NCBI GenBank assembly: GCA_022813965.1
Contig: JALDZS010000001.1
Span: forward strand, 434,001-498,000
Source: Toensbergia leucococca
Taxonomy: Eukaryota
Length of the DNA stretch: 64,000 bases
Reading direction: 5' to 3'
Translations under genes and position numbers: made by a program
Shown: positions 12,446-23,590 of the stretch, one piece after another
How positions within the stretch are numbered: position 1 is the stretch's first letter
Layout of the letters: every line of letters starts with the position of its first letter
The notes under the pieces: generated by a model
Database searches by the model: none
The model's input: only the letters and a program-made list of their open reading frames with translations
What the model was told of the DNA's origin: nothing

Positions 12446-15400
12446 ATGAACGATGCACTCCCAATCAACGCAGAGGGGCCCTTGGCGCCAGTCAAAGTCA
12501 ACAACCAAACTGATACCGTAGCGGAGAAAAACTGGACACAAGAATGGCTCAATACCTACTCTCGCACATCCCTCGCCCCCGAAGGCGGCTTGGCCAACGG
12601 CGAGGAGGACCCGGGCATCGCTACCCGTCTCTACACGCTCTGTCTATATGTGCTCCGACAAATATGTCGGCAAGAACAGTGCAAATCGTTAAGTGCAAAT
12701 GGTATATCTACTCTGAAAGAAGAGCTGGGAAAACTGTACTTGTGGGGGGAGGCGTTCAAGAACGGCAAACTTGACAGAGCCTTGGAGTACTCTGATGAAG
12801 TCCGAGACACTGTTTTGGAGTCACTTGGAGATATTGGAAGAATACTTCTGCGCGGTAAGGTCTACTAGGTGTTGGGAAGAAGATCGCCCACCATCCTCTG
12901 CTCAACAGTATGGTGTCGCTGACTAGCCTGCAATAGAAGTGTGGCCGTCTTCTGTCTCCATATATAACTCACCTTCTTCTCAAGAGTCCATAGAGGAATT
13001 GAAGTTCCTTGTGGAACAAACGAAAGCAATCACATCCTGCAAAATTAGTAGAGCTGTAGGAGATGGTGGAGTTGAAGACCGAGGGTCTGATAGCGATCAA
13101 GATGGCATCTCAGAGGATGATGACACCGGTGATATTATTGAAGAGCTTGGACTACACACGCGATGGCTTACGCAGCTGGGTCCTACCTTGGAGCAAAATC
13201 TGATACATGCAGAGAATGCCAGGCTCCAACCATCGTGCCCTATAGGTGTTACTTTTGTTGTCTCGGGTCCTGCGGCAATATATGTCTCATTAGTTCGGGA
13301 GAAATACAGAAAAGCGGAGAATCAGCTGGTCGAGCGACTAGGAGAGGCTAATTGGCAAAGGCATGTTGCCGTGCGAAATCAGACGGAAAGTTCGATCGAT
13401 GTCCATGATACCAAGTCCGTATTTCGACCATATTCAGCATTCCATGACTCGGCGATTGGTACGACGCAATATGCGCGATCAAATAATTCGATGCAATCGA
13501 GCAACCCAGGAGTGGAGTGTGGATCCATGAAGGTACCAGCAACACCAGCAGAGGTGCATGACAGTAAACCATTTCAGTGTTTCCTTTGTAAATCGATGCT
13601 CTCAAACATCAAAAATCGAATTGATTGGAAGTAAGTTCTCCTTGCATCGCAGCCCGTTTCCATGTGGCCTGACCGTGACCTGCTTCTAGAATACACGTAT
13701 TCTCGGATTTGCAACCGTACATATGTACATTCCCCAACTGTGGAGACGAGCTGGCGCAATTTTCTAGCAGAGCCGCATGGGCCGAGCATGAATTTTCCAA
13801 GCATCGTATCACGCGATTGTGGACTTGTCCAGAATGCTCCCAAGACTTTCCTGAGGCATCTGATTCGGAGAACCACCTGCAGGAAAGGCATCACCTTTCC
13901 TTCTCTGGGCCAAGGTTGCAAGTCGCAAAGACTATGGCACGTAAGACGGAAGCAACACGGGTCGAGAAGGAGGAGTGCCCTCTCTGCCGTATTGTTGTGG
14001 GCGAGCCTCGCCGCGGATTCGTTAAGCATGTGGGGCAACACATGGAAGAAATTGCATTGATGGCCTTGCCGCAAAATGTGGAAGAGGACGCGGAAGAAGG
14101 CTCGTTAAGCACATATCATACGTGGTTTGACAAAAGCAAAAGTTTTCACTTCAAGTCTCCAATCGAGAAGGACAAAGAAGAAATCTTTTCTGACTCTGAA
14201 GTCGCTCCAACGAGGGCCATGCCAAAGGGTCGAGTGCAGAAGTATAATGAACTGACTCCTGGAGATGACGGATACCACCCAGCTACACATGACCAAGATG
14301 GGGAAAGCAAGGCGTCACTCACAAGAGGCCTTTTGGAATGCCGCACATTTATGGATCTGAGCCGTCCGACCTATGTCAAGGTGCATCGAAAGCATTTGAG
14401 CCCTGATACCCTAGACGTGTACCAGCTACCCTGGGAATGGGATGATGTAAGTCCAGCCCGCATCCCTAATCTCCCTTGACCACCAACCTCAAAAAATTCC
14501 ACAACACACTAGCGCAAGCTGAATTTCTTCCCATTGCTGACTAAAACAGCGCGATTCGAATTTCATCATCATCAAGCAATGGATCCCGGAGCACGACCAG
14601 GACATTCTATTTGAGCACACGCGTAAGCTGCGCGAGACCAAGGCGTTGAAGGAGACGACGGTTGAGTTGAGTAGTCAACTCCAAGCCCACGAAGATGCCA
14701 CTCTCAGGAAAACTTCTATGGATAATTTGGATACTCCGAGACCCTTGGGAGACTTGGTGAAGTCGCATCCCAAGAATGTGCGAGGCAGAGCTGTTCCTCC
14801 AGGGCAATGTCACAACTGTGGAAGAACTGAGACACGAGAGTGGCGACGTGGTCCCGATGGTGCTCAAAGTCTGTGCAATGCCTGTGGTCTTCGTATATTA
14901 TCTGATTCCCATATCATTTTGAAGTATAGTTAACAATCGTCTAGGCTATGCCAAATTGACACGGAAGATGGATCCAAGAGTGTCGATGAAGACCATGGAG
15001 CAATCACAAGGCCGGTTGAATTCCTGGGTCGTGAAGCAGGACTTCCCGCCGATCTCTGAACTGCCAGGTTTCGTCTTGAATCCCTTTGATCCTATCTTAG
15101 ATGCCGACCCATCCGCAACATCCTCGATTCTCTGCTCTCCTGACCTGGCACTCAATTCAAGAAGATCCTCCGACTACTCGGACAACAATCTCCAGCTCCC
15201 TCAAATTCATCCACCCCGGGATACGGATATCAAATTAGATGCTCGCGCATCCGCTGTGCCTCAAAAATCAAACGTTGATGACAAAACGACCATGGTCAAT
15301 GTTCAGCACAATCATTATCCCTCCGCATTACCGCGTCTCGGCCACATTCCGGATGACAATGGGCATTCGTCTACAAATACAAACCCTTCGTCGCCTTCCA

Positions 15401-15780
15401 TCTACTTTCCCCATTGGGTTCCGCCCATCCAGCACCAAGAGGAGGAAGATCTCTCAATGAAGCCAAGATGCGAGCGCTGCATAAAGATTAGGAAGGGGTG
15501 TGATCGTCAACGTCCTTGCTGGCGCTGCAAAGACGCCGGTCTTGGAGCTGATCAATGTGTCATCAGCGAAGATGACGGTAATCGAACACGAGGCCCATTC
15601 TCGGGGCCAATCAAACTCGACGACCCAATTTTAGATACCGTAGCGGTCAGGCGCGCCAGGAACACTGTAGCGGCACGAAAGTCAAGGCAAAAGCGTGCTG
15701 AGAAGAGTGAACACAATTTAAAGGTTGAAGATCATAAGAATGCTTCTTCTGTTTTAAAAGACAAAGATTTTAAAGACTAA
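12446..15780 (+). CDS. Chimeric multi-domain protein, 1012 aa: helical N-terminus, ~4 C2H2-type fingers, Rsc7-like fragment, DUF8035-like module, GATA finger, Zn2Cys6 cluster, bZIP basic region; exons 12446-12854, 12937-13630, 13690-14446, 14550-14892, 14945-15780
   Basis: Four GT-AG introns give one open frame of 3039 nt. Splice junctions restore the motifs DWK|IHVFSDLQPYICTF, PWEWDD|RDSNFIIIKQWIPEHDQDILFEHTRKLRE and CNACGLR|YAKLTRK. Confidence 0.85.
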
Positions 15781-16121
15781 TGTAACTAATATTTGATATA
15801 AACACCTTTCTGATAAAGTTCAGAAACCTTTATTAGAATAGAATAGAATGTGAAGATTCTGAAGTATGATCAATTACCTAATTTGCATTCACAGATGTAA
15901 CTTTAATCAGTAAAAAAGAGTGACTGTCAAGCAAGATGCATGAGATTGAGAGCTTAGTGTGAAATTTCTGCAATAGACTCAAAATGAAGCTATCAATTTC
16001 AAATAATATTATAGTGTCATTATAGTTATTTGATATATTTAAGACATGAAGTACCGTATAATCTGTCATATAAGATTCAAATCTTACAAGTAGTTCATCG
16101 TCTACAGGCCATTTGGAACCA

Positions 16122-16185
16122 TATCTTATAGATCAGTAGTATCTTATAGATCAGTAGTATCTTATATACCAGTAGTATCTTATAT
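16122..16185. repeat. 18-bp minisatellite (tatcttatagatcagtag, ~3.5 copies) in an AT-rich tract
   Basis: Visible directly in the sequence. Confidence 0.85.
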
Positions 16186-16537
16186 GACAGATTATACGGT
16201 AGTACACTGTTGACTTAAAAGACTTATTCACTCTGAATCTTAAGATCAGAGTTGTTCTTCTGAATCTGATAATCACTTTTAATAAATAGATGTGATATTG
16301 ACTGATGAGCTGTGAGTTTTGTTTGCGCATCTTCGACGAAGTGAGAGATGGAAGCGGAGCGGAAGCTGCGTACTATGCTCTCTGGGTGACTAGTCATGGA
16401 CACGGCGGATGAAGCGTGGAGAGGTAGATGGCATTCATGGCAACGAGTATTTGCCTGGAACACGAGGACGGTGATGATTCCTGATGTTGATCAGCTAGAT
16501 CAGAACGGCGGAATTTAATAGAGTGCGGTGAGGGCAT

Positions 16538-18833
16538 CTACATATAATCAGACGCGGAGATTTCAGAATTACCCTTAGAAAGCTGGACACTCTGACGCTC
16601 TTTCAACACCAATGCTCTCTGGTCACATATCACAGTGCCCCTCTTTGCTTTCTCCATCACCAGCGCCGCAAAGCCGCTCACAACTGTTGCTCCGTCCGCC
16701 AAGCTTTTCCGGAATCTCACACACCACCAACTCGCGAGCAAAATTCCTATTACGAAGACTGGAACCAGAAGTAACATGAGGTACAATTGACTGAATTCTT
16801 CAATAAGGTATAGCCCCCATCCTACCTTGAAGGGCTTGTCTTCAGGACATTGCAGCTCGTCATAGACCTTTTTGGGAATGCGATTCCAGAAATAACACGT
16901 TGCAGGCTTAACGTGGGAAGGGTTGAGGACGTAGTGGGTCAAGACGTCGTCGATAAGGTAGGGGATCATGTCGCGAGTGGATGGTATGTAGGACCATTCA
17001 CCGGGGCCGTGACCTTGTGGGAAGCGGTCACGCCAGTCTTCTTTAATGGTGACGAGGTTGGAGTGAAAGAGTTTGAATTCGAAATACTCCACTCGTGCTA
17101 GGGTTCGGAGAGTGAGGACTCGTCGCCATAACGGCATCCAGGTATAGTAGCGTTGCTGTACTGCTGCGAAGAGATGCCGATCTGTGGCGGCTTTGTTGAC
17201 GCCGACGTGTTAGAGGAATTTTTTGTAAGTCATCCCAGGAAAGCAGAGGCAGATGAATTTGTCTGGATCTGGGGCTGGTATGTTGGGGCCTTCTGGTATC
17301 ATATCGTCGGTAGATGATTTGTAGGTTGGGAGTGTCTGGTCTCTTTCTCGGGGCCAGTGGATTTTTTGGTATTCTGCAAGAATGGATTGCCAGAACCTTT
17401 GAATCAAGGTCGAATTTGCAATTTCACTGGTAAGATTTCTATCAAGCTGTTGCATGGCTGCGTTGGCAGCTCCAGTCTCGTGCTCAAGAACGTCAGTTTG
17501 AAATGGGCGTTCGCAGGACTTGAGTATCACTTAGCTGTTTGACTGTAAATGACCTTGCTGCGGTGGTACTACTCACACAGTACCATCGGAGTCGAATAAG
17601 CTTGTTTTCAAGCAGTGTGATACGAGGGTCATGCTTTGAAGACTGATCTGCAGTCAATGAATTCAGAGTGTTTCCTGGATTCTCTTTCTTCTCTGATTCA
17701 GTCGCTATTTTCACTGGTAGATTTGAATCGGATCCCGCAAGATCTGAATTTTTTGTGTTGATGAGAGAATCTATCCTCCCTGGTGACTCTATCATCTTTG
17801 GAGATTCTGTCATCGTTGCAGATTCTATCATCATTCGGGACTCTATTATTATTGGAGACTCTGTCATTGTTGGAGGCTCTGTCATTGTGAAACGCTGTAA
17901 TGCGGAGTCAGATGTATGCTGCTCAATTGTGTCAGGGGTTTTTTCTTCCATATTTTTGTTCTGGACGTTGCCAGCCACTTCCTCAACAGGTTCTTTCAAT
18001 TGCTCAAAGACGTTATTGATTCTCCTAGCTTTGCTCTCAGTGCTCTCAGGGAACCGCAGAACTGATTCTCGCTCTACTGTAGTTTCACGACCCTTGGAGG
18101 AACGAAAACGAATTGACACACGACTGTATATACTACTTTCTCCAGATCCTACAGACGAGGGCCGCCTACGTTGGGATCTGCGCGTAAGGTAGTTCGTTAA
18201 ATCGCTGTCGTCGTCATAAAACTGTAAACCCGTATCTTTGGATCTGGCTTGCCTCTTTCCGGGCATCTGAAAAAGTCTAGAGCTTTCTTCCTCACTAATT
18301 TCATCGTCACTCTTGCAGTACGCAGTGGCATGTTGACACTCAGCAGCCTTTCGAGGTCCCTCTAGGCGTCTCGCTCGGATTCGTGCTGGTTCCACACTCT
18401 CTGCAGCCTCCGTGATCGGACTTCTGTTTTGCGAGGGTGAATGTCGAAGACTGCGGCCAGTGTGAGTACCAGAGTGATTTGTTTCAGAGCTTTGTTGTGC
18501 CAAAGGCTTTTGGCCCGTTAAAGTCCGAGCCCACTTGCGAGCTTTGCCTCGGAAGCTGTGGAAGCGGGTGATCTTCTTTGAAGCTAAATTGTTTGGCTCA
18601 AGATTTCCTGGCTCGCAATAATGGCTAGGCGCTTCAACAGAGTTCCTTCGTGAGCCCTCATACTTTAGCTGACTACCACTCGTTAGCTTACTATCTAGGC
18701 AAGGTGTCAGAGCATGACTGGCCTTAAATCTGTAGCTGAGGATACTGCTGAAGCACTCATCTTTCCCTTTCTTTTGGCCAAGTGATTTTCTAGAGTTCCG
18801 CGCAATTCTGTGAAGACGAAGTCGGGCTTGATT
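16538..18833 (-). pseudogene. Disrupted fungal-specific gene with low-complexity N-terminus, RLRWYC|SC motif and C-terminal GWGL + hydrophobic helices
   Basis: Frame open from 18833 with no upstream Met; intron 17576-17519; single in-frame TAA at 17210-17212 (KKFL*HVGVNKAATDRHLFAAVQQRY) continues into ORF 17137-16538 (RIPKK...VGWGLYLIEE...TM). Confidence 0.65.
17767..17888 (-). repeat. Coding 18-bp tandem repeat, ~7 units of 6 aa (TMTESP-like)
   Basis: TMTEPP TMTESP IIIESR MMIESA TMTESP KMIESP GRIDS. Confidence 0.75.
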
Positions 18834-19278
18834 TCAGCCCAACATCTGACAACAACGTCTCCTGAGAACACAAGGTCGTTTGAGCAGAGCTGCGACCGAA
18901 GCCAAACATCTGTTGACAGATACACTTCTTCAGCCCTATATGCTTAGCGAGCGCACATAGAATAAGTAGCAGTTCTCCTCCTTAGCTGAATCAACCGTCA
19001 TCAACACTGTTCTATCACAACAACATCAAATGTGAACATGCCTCACATCATATCCTTTCATGTGAGCTGGAGTCTTGGGGGATAGCGATGATGCGACCCT
19101 GATGAAAATGATGGCATTTAGACAACTTCCATGGTACGGAACACGGACAGTAGACTCATAATTGATAGAGATTTGGAATCCATGTCTATGATGTCTATCG
19201 TGGGCCGCAACAAGTATGTGAAAGAGACTGTAGTATGACTTCAATTTGCTTCCTCAGAGAGCAAAATCAACAACGCTA

Positions 19279-19444
19279 CTCGTGGTTACCACCGATGCGG
19301 CAATCCTACCGATGCGGCACTAAACCTCTTTCAGCTAGGAAGCTTCTAGTTTGCCTCTAGCTCACAATCTAAAATATGACTCGCTAGCTGAAAGGGGTTT
19401 AGTGCCGCATAGGTAGGGTTGCCGCATCGGTGGGTAACCACGAG
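19279..19444. mobile_element. MITE, Tc1/mariner-pogo (Fot1)-like, 166 bp
   Basis: ~60-bp near-perfect terminal inverted repeats (19279-19338 and 19384-19444), each with two internal accgatgcggca-like direct repeats; TA at 19277-78 and 19445-46 as target-site duplication. Confidence 0.85.
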
Positions 19445-20138
19445 TATTGGTAAAGCTCATGAGTTAGAGACACAATACAGGTTAGAGTAGAACAAGAACA
19501 AAAGATGTTTTCCCAAGGAAGAAACTCATGAAGGTGGGCGCAGTTCACCTGCAAGGCTGTGAGACTGCGATGCCAAAAGAGGAATAGTCTCACTTAGAAT
19601 AACGCTAAACATCCTGTATTTACCTACCTTATTCAATTCATCACCTTTAACAGTTTGCACCACCTTTGTTGATGTTATCAAGTGATCGCGAATCTCATAT
19701 GGAAATGCATGAGGATCCAATTAGTGAGTCATGTGCAAAAGCATACCCTACCTAGCTTTGCGTGTGATTCTCTCATATGTGCTCATTTGGCTTTGTGTTT
19801 TCATCGACCAAAAGTACGGTAGTTATTGAATCAAGAGTCTTTAGACCTACTAGCTATTTGCATATTAATCTATTCAAAAGATCACATACCTACCAATTGA
19901 TCACATACCTGTCATATGTTCATATATAGATCCTAACCTCAATAACCTTAGCAGTTCACACCTGCTCATCTTTCATAGTCACAATATATATATATCCATC
20001 TATCATAGCAACTGCTCTCATTTACCCACGGATCCCCAACAGCCTTCTTCATCACTTACAATTCCTACATACTTTCGTAACTCCTCTATACAAATCCTCA
20101 ATACCTTCCCAAAGCATCTTCAAATCCTCAGCACCGCA

Positions 20139-20459
20139 ATGTCTCAAATCTTGACAAGCCTTTTCAAGATGTTCAAGATGATAGATGCCACGAGAGCATC
20201 TGTCATTGTTGGGGCCGTAGGCATAGTAAACGGTGTTTACCGATCATACGCCCTACAGACGCAGTCTACACTACTTCATCGAGAGACTACTGATACGCTG
20301 CGAGAGCAAACCAATACGCTACGAGAACACACCAAAACGCTCGAGAAACATGAAAGGATCCTGAAGCAGAATGCAAATACCTTTGAAAAGTTTCACGAGT
20401 TAGCCAAATGGATGGCGATTAATCACCGCAAAAGCACCTGCGAATCTTTTGAGTCATAA
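20139..20459 (+). CDS. Small protein (106 aa): N-terminal hydrophobic segment plus His/Thr-rich heptad coiled coil
   Basis: Intact ORF; ASVIVGAVGIVNGVY, then heptads TLREQTN TLREHTK TLEKHER ILKQNAN TFEKFHE; two decayed paralogs in this window support that it codes. Confidence 0.7.
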   Translation: MSQILTSLFKMFKMIDATRASVIVGAVGIVNGVYRSYALQTQSTLLHRETTDTLREQTNTLREHTKTLEKHERILKQNANTFEKFHELAKWMAINHRKSTCESFES

Positions 20460-20521
20460 GATTTTTCTAATTGCCAAGGACTAAAAGACTACGAGAATGT
20501 AGGCTATATATATGGGTAAAT

Positions 20522-20700
20522 CACGCTCTGAGAACACACCAACACGCTCCGATGACACACCAAAACGCTCAAAAAGCATGAATCAACATTGGAAAAACAC
20601 GCTTCAATCCTGAAGCAAGATGCGCAGACATTCGAACAATTCCACAACTTGGCCAATTGGATGGCGGCGAATCAAGGCAAAACTACTTGCGAATCCGTAA
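20522..20700 (+). pseudogene. 5'-truncated tandem copy of the coiled-coil half of the 106-aa gene
   Basis: TL*EHTNTLR*HTKTLKKHESTLEKHASILKQDAQTFEQFHNLANWMAANQGKTTCES aligns to the C-terminus of 20139-20459. Confidence 0.8.
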
Positions 20701-21587
20701 GCTATCTCCTACTCCATTTACAATCTTGTCTGAAATTGAAATAGGCTAACACCCTTCAGGCAAAAACATTTCGCGGGATTCTTAATGCAATTGGAGAGTC
20801 GAGACGGAGATAATCGGGGCGGGGTGGTAGGGGATAGGACAGTATGGGATGGATGGGATAGTAGGGGATGGATGGGATAGTAGGGGATAGGAAAGTAGGA
20901 CCCGTTAAGAATATGGCGCGAGCAAGGCATTCTGAAGGATTGTGCGAGACACGGCAAACGTGGTTATCACCTATTAAATAATCTTTAATGTTATCGGTTG
21001 CGAGGCAGATATGCATCACCTGCGCCAGCCATCCAGCTGAAGTACTCGTTTGCAGAAGATGATAGGTCAATAAGAAACCATACCTACCTAGGTACAAACA
21101 CGATGCATAATTCAACTTGATCCTCAGGGTGTGTTCCATTGGTCTCTATGTCTAGAGCACTTATTGGGTTCTGATCTGTGGCAACGGTTTCCCCGAATGA
21201 TAGATGTTCTTATCCAGCTATCCGCAAATGCGACGATAGGGGGATAGCTCAAGGATGACACATGTGTATACTAGACTCCTTGGAAAAGCTCTTTCAAGGG
21301 CCTCAACTGCCTACATTACCGATCAGTAGACGTGGCAGTATGACAAACGAGATCACACACATGATGCATAGTTAGCATGTCTACCTTCGGATCATTGATC
21401 TAACTCCCAATGACCACCTTTTTATGACGAACATGATTACACTCCTCGACTCCGCAAACCCAACACACTCCCTCCCCCACCCCTTAAATGATCCATGTAA
21501 CTTCCCCAGCCAGCCTCTCCTAATGCAGCAAAATCATCAAGGGCAAAAGGCCCCTTCAATTCTCAACTTAAAGAACCAAAAAAACCA

Positions 21588-23121
21588 TTACAGCCCGCCG
21601 CTTTCCGCCCGCAACAACTCCGCCACATCTTCGTCCAAATCCGCCATCGCATCCCCACTGCTGAACCCCGGAAACTCCGCTGCCAATTTCCGCTTCTTGA
21701 GCGTGCCTCCTGACCCTCCCCCGGGACTGCCTGCGTAAAGGCGGACCGGTGGCATGGACAAGCTGGAAAGAAGGTCCGATCCAGCAGTCAAGGCAGGAAT
21801 CCCGGGCGGTGGAGCCAAAGGCGTTGGCTCGGTATATTCTGGTTGTTGCTGGAGGCTCCCGCTTGTGGTGGCAGTAAGGAGGGTTTGAGCAGGGTGAGGG
21901 GAGCCTTCGGGTGTGAAAGACTCGATTGGAGGTGGGGTGAGCTCTTCTACATTTGGACGTTCTGGCTCGGCTGGTGCTGTCCCTTGAGGCGTATGCTTCC
22001 CATTAGTATTGGTTTCAAACACTGGATTACCATGGACTGCTGGCGATGACTCTGCAGATAGTCCACGCATGATGCCATCCTCGACTTCGCGCTTCCGGCT
22101 TTCGATGGTGCTTTTACGGCTGGCGAGCTCGAGCAGCTGGTGCTCTTCGTTTGTGAGAGCAGCTCGGTTGGTCTCGAGTATCTTTTCTAGGCCGTCGAGC
22201 AGAGAGCGCCGAGCCTTGATGCTTTCCGAAACGGCTCCTTCGGCATTTGCGAGCGATTTGAGGAGAGCACTGAGGCGGGCTGCGTGGACTGGTGGGGTTG
22301 GAATGGGGGTGTTGGGATTTGTGAGCTTGTCGTATTCCGAGTTTGCGGTTGAGGCAGCCCCAGCCGAGGAGACTAATGTTTTTGTAACAGCAATTTGTAG
22401 AGGAACGACTGGTTCAAGCTCCACAGGCGCTGATGGACCCGACGAGCTCGAGAACAAGGATCCTCCGAGTAAGGCTTTGCCGGAAGAGCGTGACTTGTCA
22501 AGCTCTGCGATGGGTTAGTCAAGCGTATGTGCGCACTGATGGAGTTTTAAAGGCTGAGGTCTTACGATCTATACGACTTTCTATCGCCTCCTGAATTGGG
22601 TTCTCGAAGATGCTTCGTTGCCTCCACACCTCAATGACTCGACGCAGCTTTTGCTGGACTTCATTTGTGGCGCCCCTGTAGGCAATTGCAGAAGCTTCCG
22701 CAATGATCTATATAATATTAATACACTTTCTACTCCTGTTCTTCTGGAACCTGAATTTACCGGGGAGAAAGCAATGATGAAATCTTCCTTCTTCCGAGAT
22801 TTAGATTGTTGAGCAACCTCTGGAGATAGATGAGCATTCAACATATCTATTGATGTAAGACGGCTTACCATTGGCGAGGTATATTAGATTCAGCCTCTTA
22901 TTAGCCCCGGAATCTTTTAATCTTGATAACCAAAGTGCTGCAGTACGATCTGCATGTCTCCTTGATTTTGCAAAAAATCAGCAATTTTTTGAGCGTAGCA
23001 GAAATTGATTCCTGGCGATTTACCTATGAAACATGATCCATTGGGCAACCGTGACAATACTTTCCTGAGTCTCATTTAAGGCTGATAACTTGGCCCTGAC
23101 GCCATCATCCGTATACGCCAT
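21588..23121 (-). CDS. RTT103: RNA polymerase II CTD-interacting-domain protein (Rtt103/DUF618-like), multi-exon
   Basis: Start MAYTDDGVRAKLSALNETQESIVTVAQWIMFH; internal KRLNLIYLANEVAQQSK and KLRRVIEVWRQRSIFE; last exon to 21588. Confidence 0.8.
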
Positions 23122-23590
23122 TGAGATGTCTAGAATACAGCTCCTTCGCCGGAATGGAGCCGATTAAATGCTTTGCTCGAAGTACACCCCTTGCAAATAC
23201 CGAAGCAACGACTACGCACTCTTGTGTTGAAGCTGGAAGTCTACGAAGCTAAGTAACAGCCAGGCTGGACAACGAACAGGTGGTGTTGAAGTTTGAAATA
23301 TGGGCTCGATCCTTCTGTTTGTGGAATCAATGAGTGTAAGGAGGAGTGAACAGAATTGGAATGGAGACAGCTTAAAGCTGCGGCTAAAACAGTGTCCTCC
23401 ACGGAAGAAGTCACATCCGAAAGGCCGAGCTCTCATTTATTCGCAACTACGGAGTACCTCATATAGTTGACATAACACACAATTCACGTCGTAACCTTGC
23501 CTTTACACCTTCACAGCTTCATTTTCTTTACCATCGTCATCTGTCACCCGTACTGCATCCCCCACTTCTTGAGCGCGCTATTCAACCGCT

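Noticed and set aside
16122..16185. CRISPR-like appearance of the short repeats
   Set aside because: Eukaryotic context; units are contiguous with no unique spacers
20826..20892. G-rich gggatggatgggatagtagg repeats, potential G-quadruplex
   Set aside because: Only about two units of low complexity; no evidence of function
1..21400. Starship-type giant transposon as the explanation for the accessory region
   Set aside because: No DUF3435 captain or defined boundary is visible; cannot be excluded outside the window
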